Assembly (NCBI GenBank): GCA_964532485.1
Contig: CAZHKE010000005.1
Span: 9,359-73,358, forward strand
DNA from: an uncultured Bifidobacteriaceae bacterium
GTDB lineage: Bacteria; Actinomycetota; Acidimicrobiia; IMCC26256; PALSA-555
Length of the DNA stretch: 64,000 nt
Direction: 5' to 3'
The position numbers and the translations under genes are program-made. Below, one piece after another: positions 34,192-42,891 of the stretch. Each line of letters starts with the position of its first letter. The stretch's first letter is position 1. The notes under the pieces were generated by a model. The model saw only the letters and a program-made list of their open reading frames with translations. It did no database searches and was not told the DNA's origin.

Positions 34192-35409
34192 TCACGTCAG
34201 GGCACCCACCAGCGCCGCGGCGAGCTGATCGACCTCGGGGTCGGTGAGCACGAGCGGCGGCAGCAGCTGCATCACCGACGTGTCGTTGTTCGCGAAGACC
34301 GCGAACACGCCGGCGTCGATGCACGCCTTCGCTGCGAGGATCCCTGCATCGGGCTCGGGCCACTTCAGGCCCATGAAGAGGCCGCGCCGGCGCACCTCGC
34401 ACGGCACGACGGCGAGCTCCTTCTCCAGGCGGAGGCCGACGTCGCCGACTCGCTCGAGGAAACCGGGTGCCTCGACGAGGTCGAGGACGCGCAGCGCGAT
34501 CACGCATCCGAGGTCGGAGCCGCCGTACGACGACACGTGGACGAAGGGCTGCTCGTCGTAGAAGCTGTGGACCGCCGACGTCATCAACGTCGCGGCGATG
34601 GGATACAGACCGCCACCGAGTCCCTTGCCCGTGACGACCACGTCGGGTTCCACGCCGTCGTGCTCGTAGCACCACATCCGACCGCTGCGACCGAGGCCGG
34701 TCTGCACCTCGTCGAGGACGAGCAGCGCGCCGCGGTCGTCGCAGAGCGCGCGAACGCCCGCCAGGTAGCCGTCGTGGGGGATCGGCATGCCGAGCGTCGC
34801 CGGGATGGTCTCGAGGATGACTGCTGCCGTGTCGTCATCGATCGCCGCGTCCATCGCCGCGAGGTCGTCGTAGGGAACGTGCACGAAGCCCTCGAGCCCG
34901 AGCCGGTAGGGCTCGTGGTACCGGGCGTCGGCCGCCGACGCCGCGAGCGCCGTGTGACCGTGGAACGCGCCGTGGACCGAGACGATCCGCCGTCGCCCGC
35001 TGATGGCGATCGCCGTCTTGAGCGCTACCTCGATCGCTTCCGACCCCGACGGAGAGAACACCGCCCCGGGACAACGACCGCCTGTCGTCGCGGCGAGGCG
35101 CTCGCCGAGCTTCGCCTTCCAGCCGGAGACGAGGTGGTGGTTGCCGACGTCGATCTCGTCGCGCTCGACCGCGTCGTGGAGCGCCTGGCGGATCGCCGGG
35201 TTGCGATGGCCCAGGTTGAAGACGCCGCCGTTGCAGTGGCAGTTGAAGAAGCGCCGGTCGTCGAAGGCGTCCCAGAAGAACGGGCCCTCGCGTCGCCCGA
35301 GCACGATGTCGATGCCGAGCGCCTCGAAGGCCTCGACCTTGCCGCGTGAGAGATGGTCAGCGAACGCCGCCGTCGTCATCGCCAGGTCCGAGTACGGCTG
35401 CACGTGCAC
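34192..35409 (-). CDS. class III (acetylornithine/GABA-type) PLP-dependent aminotransferase family protein
   Basis: SGSEAIEVALK, LVLDEVQTGLGRSGRMW, and VVVTGKGLGGG with the PLP lysine. GTG start at 35409, with an alternative ATG at 35379. Confidence 0.9.
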   Translation of the reverse strand: MHVQPYSDLAMTTAAFADHLSRGKVEAFEALGIDIVLGRREGPFFWDAFDDRRFFNCHCNGGVFNLGHRNPAIRQALHDAVERDEIDVGNHHLVSGWKAKLGERLAATTGGRCPGAVFSPSGSEAIEVALKTAIAISGRRRIVSVHGAFHGHTALAASAADARYHEPYRLGLEGFVHVPYDDLAAMDAAIDDDTAAVILETIPATLGMPIPHDGYLAGVRALCDDRGALLVLDEVQTGLGRSGRMWCYEHDGVEPDVVVTGKGLGGGLYPIAATLMTSAVHSFYDEQPFVHVSSYGGSDLGCVIALRVLDLVEAPGFLERVGDVGLRLEKELAVVPCEVRRRGLFMGLKWPEPDAGILAAKACIDAGVFAVFANNDTSVMQLLPPLVLTDPEVDQLAAALVGALT

Positions 35410-35443
35410 ATTCTGACCGCGAGGGAGGCCGGGGCGCTCGGCC

Positions 35444-35471
35444 GCTCCGGTGCTCGCCTGCTCCGGTGCTC
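35444..35471. repeat. 12-bp direct repeat GCTCCGGTGCTC x2 (16-bp period) in divergent promoter region
   Basis: gctccggtgctc at 35444..35455 and 35460..35471, lying between the divergent PLP-enzyme genes. Confidence 0.8.
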
Positions 35472-35487
35472 CGTACGATGGCGACCC

Positions 35488-36648
35488 ATGCGCTCGGGAC
35501 CCCTCGCGTCACGGCTCACAGGCTTCGGCACGACGATCTTCGCCGAGATGTCCGCCCTTGCCGACCGCACCGGCGCGATCAACCTCGGGCAGGGGTTCCC
35601 CGACACCGACGGGCCGGACGTCGTGAAGCAGGCCGCGGTCGACGCGATCCTCGCCGGTGAGAACCAGTACGCACCTGGTCCGGGCATCCCGGAGCTGCGG
35701 CACGCCGTCGCGGAGCATCAGTGCCGGTTCTACGGGCTCGATGTCGACGCCGACCACGAGGTGCTCGTCACGACCGGCGCGACCGAGGCGATCGCGGCGT
35801 CGCTGCTCGCCCTGTGCGAGCCCGGCGACGAGGTCGTGACGTTCGAGCCCTACTACGACTCCTACGCGGCCTGCATCTCGATGGCGGGCGCGACGCGGCG
35901 AGTCGTCACGCTCCGCCCGCCCGGCTACGGGTTCGACGTCGACGAGCTCGCGGGCGCGATCGGTCCCCGGACGCGCCTCTTGCTGCTCAACTCGCCGCAC
36001 AACCCGACCGGCAAGGTGTTCACCGACGACGAGCTGGCGACGATCGCGGATCTCAGCGTCGCGAACGATCTGCTCGTGGTCACCGACGAGGTGTACGAGC
36101 ACCTCGTCTTCGACGGCGCGCATCGGCCGATCGCCTCGTTCCCGGGGATGCGCGACCGCACGGTCACCATCTCGTCCGGTGGAAAGACGTTCTCGTTCAC
36201 GGGATGGAAGGTCGGATGGGCGTGCGGTGCGGCCGATCTCGTCGCGGCAGTCCGCACCGCCAAGCAGTTCCTCACGTACGTGAGCGCGGCGCCGTTCCAG
36301 CGGGCCATCGCGGTCGGCCTCGGCCTCGACGACGGCTACTATCGGGCGTTTGCCGACGGTCTGCGCGCCAAGCGCGACCTCCTCGTTGCCGGGCTCTCCG
36401 ACGTCGGCTTCGAGGTGCACCCGCCCGCTGGCGCCTACTTCGTCACAGCCGACGTCCGGTCGCTCGGTGAGACCGACGGGATGGCGTTCTGCCACGGCCT
36501 CCCCGAGCGCTGCGGCGTGGTCGCTGTACCCAGCGTCGTGTTCTACGACGACGTCGAGGCCGGTCGGCCACTGATCCGATTCACGTTCTGCAAGCGGCGC
36601 GACGTCCTCGACGAAGCGGTGGCGCGCCTGAAGGCCCTGACCCGATGA
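35488..36648 (+). CDS. class I/II PLP aminotransferase (glutamine-transaminase-K / YbdL / DapC-like)
   Basis: Internal ATG at 35488. Motifs: FGTTIFAEMSALA, INLGQGFPD, NSPHNPTGKVF, SSGGKTFSFTGWKVGW (PLP Lys). Confidence 0.9.
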   Translation: MRSGPLASRLTGFGTTIFAEMSALADRTGAINLGQGFPDTDGPDVVKQAAVDAILAGENQYAPGPGIPELRHAVAEHQCRFYGLDVDADHEVLVTTGATEAIAASLLALCEPGDEVVTFEPYYDSYAACISMAGATRRVVTLRPPGYGFDVDELAGAIGPRTRLLLLNSPHNPTGKVFTDDELATIADLSVANDLLVVTDEVYEHLVFDGAHRPIASFPGMRDRTVTISSGGKTFSFTGWKVGWACGAADLVAAVRTAKQFLTYVSAAPFQRAIAVGLGLDDGYYRAFADGLRAKRDLLVAGLSDVGFEVHPPAGAYFVTADVRSLGETDGMAFCHGLPERCGVVAVPSVVFYDDVEAGRPLIRFTFCKRRDVLDEAVARLKALTR

Positions 36649-36672
36649 GCCGGACCCGATGAGGCGCCTGCC

Positions 36673-37434
36673 ATGAGGGTGGCGGCGATCCAGCACGACA
36701 TCGTGTGGGAGCAGCCCGAGGCGACGTGCGCGCGACTCGCGCCGATGCTCGCGACGGCCGCGGCCGACGGTGCGCAGCTGGCGGTGCTCGCCGAGATGTT
36801 CTCGACCGGCTTCTCCATGCAGTCGGAGCGCATCGCCGAGGACGTCGGTGGTCCGTCGACATCGTTCCTCGTCGACCAGGCACGCGAGCTCGGGATCTGG
36901 GTGTGCGGCTCGCTGCCGGAGCGCACCGACGAGCGGGAGCTGCCGGCGAACACGCTCGTGCTCGCGTCACCCGATGGCGCGACGCATCGCTACGCCAAGA
37001 TCCATCCGTTCACCTACGCGCGTGAAGACGAGCACTACGCCGCAGGCGACGCACACGTAACGGTGGACGTCGACGGCGTGCGGGCGAGCCTGTTCGTCTG
37101 CTACGACCTGCGCTTCGCCGACGAGTTCTGGGGGCTCGCACCCGGGACGGACCTCTACGTCGTCGTGGCGAACTGGCCCGCGTCGCGGCGCGACCACTGG
37201 CGGGCGCTCCTTCGCGCACGCGCGATCGAGAACCAGGCATACGTCGTCGGTGTGAACCGTGTCGGCCGTGGGGGCCGCCTCGACTACGCGGGTGACAGCG
37301 TGATCCTCGACCCCCTCGGCGAGACGCTCGCCGAGGCCGGCGCCGACGAGCAGATCCTCGCCGCGGAGGTCGACCCGGCGCGCGTGGCCGACGTCCGAAC
37401 CGAGTTCCCGTTCCTCGCAGACCGGCGCGTCTAG
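36673..37434 (+). CDS. carbon-nitrogen hydrolase (nitrilase superfamily, omega-amidase/YafV-like)
   Basis: E-K-C triad contexts LAVLAEMF, YAKIHPF and LFVCYDLRF. 253 aa. Confidence 0.9.
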   Translation: MRVAAIQHDIVWEQPEATCARLAPMLATAAADGAQLAVLAEMFSTGFSMQSERIAEDVGGPSTSFLVDQARELGIWVCGSLPERTDERELPANTLVLASPDGATHRYAKIHPFTYAREDEHYAAGDAHVTVDVDGVRASLFVCYDLRFADEFWGLAPGTDLYVVVANWPASRRDHWRALLRARAIENQAYVVGVNRVGRGGRLDYAGDSVILDPLGETLAEAGADEQILAAEVDPARVADVRTEFPFLADRRV

Positions 37435-37444
37435 CGTCGCCGCC

Positions 37445-39754
37445 GTGACGGGAACTGGCGGTGGCATCGACCGGACCTACGAGGGGTTCGGCGGGCGGGT
37501 CGGACGGACGTTCGCGGGCTCCGAGGGCTGGTGGCCGCCGCGACCCGAGCCGCCGAGTGGCGCACCGAACGTCGTGGTCGTGCTCGCCGATGACCTCGGC
37601 TACTCGGACCTCGGCTGCTACGGCTCCGAGATCGACACGCCGAACCTCGACGCGCTGTCAGCCGGCGGCCTGCGCTTCACGAACTTCCACGTGACGCCGA
37701 TGTGCTCGCCGACGCGCGCTGCGCTGCTCACGGGGGTGAACCCGCACCGCGCCGGTCTCGGGACCGTCGCCCACTCCGACGCCGGGTTCCCCGGCTACGC
37801 GATGGAGCTCGCCGACGACGTCGCGACGGCGGCGGAGGTCTTCCGCGACCACGGGTACTCGACGTTCATGGTCGGCAAGTGGCATCTCGCGAAGGACTCC
37901 GACTGCTCAGCGGCAGGACCGATGCACTCCTGGCCGTGTCAGCGCGGCTTCGGCCGCTTCTACGGCATCCTCGATGCCTTCACGAACCAGCACCATCCGC
38001 ACCGCCTCGTCGAGGACAACCACCTCGTCGACGTCGATCGCTATCCCGAGGACTACTTCTTCACCGACGACATCACCGATCGGGCAATCGCGATGCTGCG
38101 GGAGCAGCAGGCGTCGAGCCCGAGCAAGCCGTTCTTCCTCTACTTCGCGCACGGATCCGTGCACGCGCCGCTCGCGGCACCGGCAGCCGACATAGCGAAG
38201 TACGCCGACCGTTACACCGCCGGGTGGGACGTGCTGCGTGAGGAGCGGTGGCGGCGTCAGCAGGAGCTCGGCGTCATCTCCCAGGGTCTGCCGCTGCCCC
38301 CGCGGAACCTGGAACCCGGTCACGAGGTCGCGGCGTGGGACGACCTGACGCCGCGGGAGCAGGAGCTCTACGCGCGACACATGGCGGTGTACGCGGGGAT
38401 GGTCGACAACCTCGATCAGAGCGTCGGACGGCTGGGCGCCGCGCTCGCGGAGCTGGGTCAGCTCGACAACACGATCTTTCTGTTCCTATCGGACAACGGT
38501 GCGTCACGCGAGGGCGAGGTCACCGGGACGACGGCGTACTACGTCCACCTCCTCCAGGGCGACGACGTCGACGCCGATGCCGCGCGCCTCGCTGACATCG
38601 GTGGTCCGACCACGACTCCCCACTACCCGCGGGGATGGGCGATGGCGTGCAACACGCCGTTCCGCCTCTACAAGATCAACACGCATGCCGGTGGGCACTC
38701 GGCGCCGTGCATCGTCTCGTGGCCCGATCGCATCACCGACCGCGGCGCCTACCGACGTCAGTTCCAGCACGTCACCGACGTGCTGCCGACGCTCCTCGAC
38801 TGCTGCGGTCTGACGATGCCGACCGAGCGCAACGGTCGTGTGCTCGCGGAGCCGGCCGGCGCGAGCTTCAGGGCCGCGCTCGACGACGCTGACGTCGCGA
38901 GCACGCACCGCGAGCAGTACTACGAGCAGCAGGGCCACCGGGGCTTCTACCGCGACGGCTGGGAGGTCGTGACGCTCCATCAGCCGCTCACGCCGTTCTC
39001 CGACGCGGAATGGGAGCTGTACGACCTCACGGCCGACGCGAACGAGCTCCACGATCTGTCCGCGCTGCACCCCGAACGTCGAAGCGAGCTCGCGGCTGCA
39101 TGGGAGGACGCGGCGTGGGCGAACTACGTGTACCCGCTCGACGAGGGATCGAGCATCAAGTACCTGCTGCGCCCGCCACGCAGCCGCGCCTACGCGGAGC
39201 CGGTGACCATCCTCCCGGGCACCGCGACGCTCGAGCGGTGGCGCTCGCTCCAGCTGATCTGGTTCCGGGCACTGACGATCCACATCGCGCTCGAGCACGG
39301 CACCGGCGACCAGGGGTATCTCGTCGCGCACGGCGACCAGGGCGCGGGCTACGGCGTGTACGTGCTGGGCGACGAGCTCCGGTACGTGCACAACGACGGC
39401 CGCGGCCGGATGCGCGAGCTCTCCGGCGGTGATCTCAGGGCCGGCGTGCGCGACGTGGTGGTCGACCTCGCCGCGCCCGGTCAGCAGCAGTGGACGGTCA
39501 CACTGGTCGTCGACGGTGAGGAGCGGGCGTCGCTCGACGAGGTGCCGATGCTGTTCGGAATGGCGCCGTTCGAGGGCATCGATGTCGGGATCGACCGGCG
39601 CTCGCCCGTCTCGTGGGCGATCTACGAGAGGTTCGGGCCTTTCCCGTACACGGGGACGCTCCGCTCGGTGCGCTACGAGCCGGGCGAACCTGCGCCCGAT
39701 GCACCCGAGCGGATGCTCGATGCCATCCGGGAGATGGGCGCGAAGTTCGAGTGA
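37445..39754 (+). CDS. arylsulfatase (formylglycine-dependent), paralog of 16326..18632
   Basis: VVVVLADDLGYSDLGCYG and CSPTRAALLTGV (C-x-P-x-R). Same domain order and length as the first copy. Confidence 0.9.
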   Translation: MTGTGGGIDRTYEGFGGRVGRTFAGSEGWWPPRPEPPSGAPNVVVVLADDLGYSDLGCYGSEIDTPNLDALSAGGLRFTNFHVTPMCSPTRAALLTGVNPHRAGLGTVAHSDAGFPGYAMELADDVATAAEVFRDHGYSTFMVGKWHLAKDSDCSAAGPMHSWPCQRGFGRFYGILDAFTNQHHPHRLVEDNHLVDVDRYPEDYFFTDDITDRAIAMLREQQASSPSKPFFLYFAHGSVHAPLAAPAADIAKYADRYTAGWDVLREERWRRQQELGVISQGLPLPPRNLEPGHEVAAWDDLTPREQELYARHMAVYAGMVDNLDQSVGRLGAALAELGQLDNTIFLFLSDNGASREGEVTGTTAYYVHLLQGDDVDADAARLADIGGPTTTPHYPRGWAMACNTPFRLYKINTHAGGHSAPCIVSWPDRITDRGAYRRQFQHVTDVLPTLLDCCGLTMPTERNGRVLAEPAGASFRAALDDADVASTHREQYYEQQGHRGFYRDGWEVVTLHQPLTPFSDAEWELYDLTADANELHDLSALHPERRSELAAAWEDAAWANYVYPLDEGSSIKYLLRPPRSRAYAEPVTILPGTATLERWRSLQLIWFRALTIHIALEHGTGDQGYLVAHGDQGAGYGVYVLGDELRYVHNDGRGRMRELSGGDLRAGVRDVVVDLAAPGQQQWTVTLVVDGEERASLDEVPMLFGMAPFEGIDVGIDRRSPVSWAIYERFGPFPYTGTLRSVRYEPGEPAPDAPERMLDAIREMGAKFE

Positions 39755-39763
39755 TGGAGCGCT

Positions 39764-40969
39764 TCAGGCGCCCGTGGCGGTGAACGTGACGGGAAGCTCC
39801 TCGATGCCGCGCACGAACGCGTTCGGCGTTCGTCGAGGGCCGATGTCGTCGGCGCGCGACCAGCTGTCGAGACGTCGCGTCAGCTCCTCGAACATGATCC
39901 GCAGCTCCAGCCGCGCGAGCGCGGCTCCGAGGCAGAAGTGCGTGCCGAAGCCGAACGCGATGTGCGGGTTCGGGTCGCGGGTCACGTCGAAGCGCTGCGG
40001 ATCATCGAACACCGACTCGTCGCGGTTCGCCGACCCGTACATCAGCACGACCTGCTGACCTTCGCCGATCGGCTGTCCCGCGATCTCGGTGTCACGAGTC
40101 GCCACGCGACACATGTTGAGCACGGGCGTGGTCCATCGGATGAGCTCCTCGACGGCGCCCGGGATCCGTTCCGGCTCGCGACGCAGCAGCTCGCGCTGCT
40201 CGGGATGCGCGATGAGCGTGTCGAACCCGTTGGTGATGACGGTGCGGGTCGTCTCCGCCCCGCCGTCGAGGAGCAGCAGCGCGTCCGAGGCGAGATCCTC
40301 GTCGGTGAGGGCACGGCCCTCGACCTCGGCTCGGGTCCACACCGACAGGAGGTCGTCCATCGGGCAGCCACGCCGCTCCTCGGCGACCCCGAGCGCGGCG
40401 GTGCCGAACTCGGCTGCCGACAGGATCCCCTCGTCGGTCGCGTAGCGCGGCCCGCCGCCGAGGAGGATCGTCGACGTGGACCAGTGCACCAGCTTCGGCC
40501 AATCGGCGTCGGGGAAGCCGAGCAGGTGCCCGATCATCTTCGCCGGGAGCGGCGCGGCGAGCTCGGCGACTACCTCCGCGTGTCCTCGTTCGGCGACCGC
40601 GTCGATCAACGACGTGACGGTCTCGCGCACTCGCGGTTCGTGATCCATGACCGCTCGAGGCGTGAACCGTCGGGCCACGAGACGACGACGCTCGGCGTGG
40701 AGCGGGTCGTCGACGCCGATCATCGACGGGTCCGCCGGGATGTTCGGTCGGTAGCCGCCGGCGTTCGACCAGGTGGCCGGGTCCTTCTCGATGGCGACGA
40801 TGTCGCGATGGCGACTGACGCCCCAGAGCTCGTTCGTCGCGTCCCGGTAGACGGGCTTGTGCTCGCGCAAGTACGCGTACGCGGGCTCGGGGTCGCCCGC
40901 GTACAGATCGCCGTCGAGAAGGTCGAGCCCACCGGTCTCGACGAGCTCGGCGGCCTGGTGTGCATCCAT
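39764..40969 (-). CDS. cytochrome P450
   Basis: FGFGTHFCLGAALARLE, EELIRW (ExxR), DGGAETT. Confidence 0.95.
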   Translation of the reverse strand: MDAHQAAELVETGGLDLLDGDLYAGDPEPAYAYLREHKPVYRDATNELWGVSRHRDIVAIEKDPATWSNAGGYRPNIPADPSMIGVDDPLHAERRRLVARRFTPRAVMDHEPRVRETVTSLIDAVAERGHAEVVAELAAPLPAKMIGHLLGFPDADWPKLVHWSTSTILLGGGPRYATDEGILSAAEFGTAALGVAEERRGCPMDDLLSVWTRAEVEGRALTDEDLASDALLLLDGGAETTRTVITNGFDTLIAHPEQRELLRREPERIPGAVEELIRWTTPVLNMCRVATRDTEIAGQPIGEGQQVVLMYGSANRDESVFDDPQRFDVTRDPNPHIAFGFGTHFCLGAALARLELRIMFEELTRRLDSWSRADDIGPRRTPNAFVRGIEELPVTFTATGA

Positions 40970-41045
40970 CGCGCCAGACTGTCACGCCACGCCCGTCGGG
41001 CCGGACAGGGCCACGTCCTTCGGGCACCACACGTGAGGGGATCGC

Positions 41046-41870
41046 ATGGCCGTGACGATGCTGGGTCGACCGACGACGGGGGTGGTGGTGACCGGGGGAG
41101 CGTCGGGCATCGGGCGCGCCAGCTGCCTCGCCCTGGCCGAGGTCGGTCGTCCGGTTGCCGCCTGGGACATCAACGGTGACGGAGCCGCCGAGACGGCGCG
41201 CGACTGCGAGGCGCTGGGCGTCTCGGCGATCGGCCGCGCCGTCGACGTGACCGACGGGCGGGCGCTCGACGACGCACTCGACGCGACGAAGGCGGCGATC
41301 ACGTCGATCGGTGGTCTCGTGCACGCCGCGGGCATCGTGGCGCCGGCACTCGACGACGTCATCGACGTCGGCACCTGGGACGCCGTGCTCGGTGTGAACC
41401 TGCGCGCCGAGGCGATGCTCGTCAGCGCGCTGCACTCCTCGCTGCGTGATGCGAACCCGGGATCGGCGATCGTGGGGATCTCGTCGATCGAGGGGTTGAT
41501 CGGGCACGGCTTCATCCCCTCGTACGTCGTGTCGAAGCACGGGCTCATCGGGCTCACCCGCTCGCTGGCACACCGGCTGGGGCCCGACGGGATCCGCGCC
41601 AACGCCGTCTGCCCCGGCTACATCGAGACGCCGATGCTGACGCCGACGATCTCCACGCCGGAGGCCCAGGCGGCGTTCGTCCGGAGGGTGCCGCTCGGGC
41701 GGCTCGGTCAGCCCGAGGACGTCGCTCGCATCGTGCGGTTCCTCCTTTCGGACGAGGCTTCCTACGTCAACGGCTCGGTCGTCGTCGTCGACGGTGGCGT
41801 GACGGCAGTCGGTGGACAGGACGCCTTGGCCGGCGGGGACCAGGTCGAGCAACGGATGAACGAGCGCTGA
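41046..41870 (+). CDS. SDR family oxidoreductase
   Basis: VVVTGGASGIGRA (TGxxxGxG), NAAG-like VHAAG, and SYVVSKHG (YxxxK). Confidence 0.9.
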   Translation: MAVTMLGRPTTGVVVTGGASGIGRASCLALAEVGRPVAAWDINGDGAAETARDCEALGVSAIGRAVDVTDGRALDDALDATKAAITSIGGLVHAAGIVAPALDDVIDVGTWDAVLGVNLRAEAMLVSALHSSLRDANPGSAIVGISSIEGLIGHGFIPSYVVSKHGLIGLTRSLAHRLGPDGIRANAVCPGYIETPMLTPTISTPEAQAAFVRRVPLGRLGQPEDVARIVRFLLSDEASYVNGSVVVVDGGVTAVGGQDALAGGDQVEQRMNER

Positions 41871-41916
41871 CGCGGTACCGTGCGCGCGTGATGGAGATCC
41901 TCGCCGGCCCCGACTC

Positions 41917-42354
41917 GTGAACCCGCGCCTGCCGCGCCCCAGCCTCGACGGCGTCCTCAACCTGGTCGACGTCGATGCGCTGCTCGAGCACATCGACCTG
42001 AACCGCCAGCTCGACCGCATCGACCTGAACGCGCTCCTCGGGCGCCTCGACGTGAACCAGCTGCTCGACCGGGTCGACGTCGATCGGCTGATCGAGCGCG
42101 TCGACCTCGACGCAGTGATCGACCGGATCGACGTGAACCAGGTCGTCAATCGGGTCGACGTCGAGGAGCTCGTGCAACGCACCGAGGTCGGCGCGCTCAT
42201 CATGGATTCGACGAGCGGCGTCGCACAGCGAGTCCTCGACGCTCTGCGATCGCAGGCCGTCGGCATAGACGGCTTCTCGAACCGGGTCATGAACAGGGTC
42301 TTGCGGCGCGACCCGACGACACTGCCTCTCGGTCCACCACGATTCGAGCCATGA
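41917..42354 (+). CDS. nonapeptide-repeat protein (8 x D-[VL]-[DN]-x-[LV]-[LIV]-x-R-[IV])
   Basis: GTG start. Residues 18-89 are eight ungapped 9-aa repeats. The stop overlaps the start of the RDD gene (ATGA). The strand choice rests on that coupling. Confidence 0.6.
   Translation: MNPRLPRPSLDGVLNLVDVDALLEHIDLNRQLDRIDLNALLGRLDVNQLLDRVDVDRLIERVDLDAVIDRIDVNQVVNRVDVEELVQRTEVGALIMDSTSGVAQRVLDALRSQAVGIDGFSNRVMNRVLRRDPTTLPLGPPRFEP
41968..42183 (+). repeat. 8 tandem 27-bp coding repeats
   Basis: Each unit is GAC-(GTC/CTG)-(GAT/AAC/GAC/GAG)-...-CGC-(ATC/GTC) repeating in frame. The period is also visible in the opposite-strand shadow ORF 41767..42405. Confidence 0.9.
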
Positions 42355-42866
42355 GGAAGGCGACACCCGAGACGTCGAAGCTGGGTCACTACGCCGGTCC
42401 GGCAACGAGAGCCGCGGCCTACGTCGTCGACCTCGCGATCAGCGTCGGCCTGTTCGTCGCCACGACCGCAGTCGTGCTGTTCCTGTTCGCCCTCGTGACC
42501 AGCTTCGACCTCGACGGCGACGAGATCCCGCCGTGGGTCTCAGCGGTCCTCTTCGCCGCCTGGCTGTTCCTCTACTTCGGCGGCTCGTGGGCGGCGTCGG
42601 GGAAGACCGCGGGCATGTCGCTGCTCGGCCTGCGTGTCGTCGACCGTGACGGCAGCGACCTCGACTCGTGGCGCGGCTTCCTGCGGGCGCCCGCGCTGGC
42701 GCTGAGCATCTCGCTGTTCGGCCTCGGTCTGATCGGCGTCGTCATCGGGCGCGAGAACCGGGGCCTCCAGGACGTCATCGCCGGCAGCGTCGTCGTGTAC
42801 GACTGGGACGCTCGCGCCGCGCGGCTGCGCTTCCTCGCCCGCCGGAGAGAGTCCGTCGTAGAGTGA
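42351..42866 (+). CDS. RDD family membrane protein
   Basis: YAGPATRAAAYVVDLAI, GKTAGMSLLGLRVVDRDG and RGLQDVIAGSVVV supply the R, D, D positions, with three TM helices. Confidence 0.8.
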   Translation: MRKATPETSKLGHYAGPATRAAAYVVDLAISVGLFVATTAVVLFLFALVTSFDLDGDEIPPWVSAVLFAAWLFLYFGGSWAASGKTAGMSLLGLRVVDRDGSDLDSWRGFLRAPALALSISLFGLGLIGVVIGRENRGLQDVIAGSVVVYDWDARAARLRFLARRRESVVE

Positions 42867-42891
42867 CGGAGTCGCCAGCCGAGGAACGCCG

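Noticed and set aside
40092-42389. 765-aa minus-strand ORF
   Set aside because: Arg-rich low-complexity translation. It overlaps the P450 (in another frame), the SDR gene and the repeat gene, all of which have clear motifs.
41767-42405. Minus-strand reading of the 27-bp repeat region (VDPVDHCVEVDALDQPIDVDPVEQ...)
   Set aside because: The repeat is visible in both strands. The plus-strand frame has a cleaner consensus and an ATGA coupling to the RDD gene, while the minus frame runs into the SDR gene 3' end. The strand choice is still not proven.
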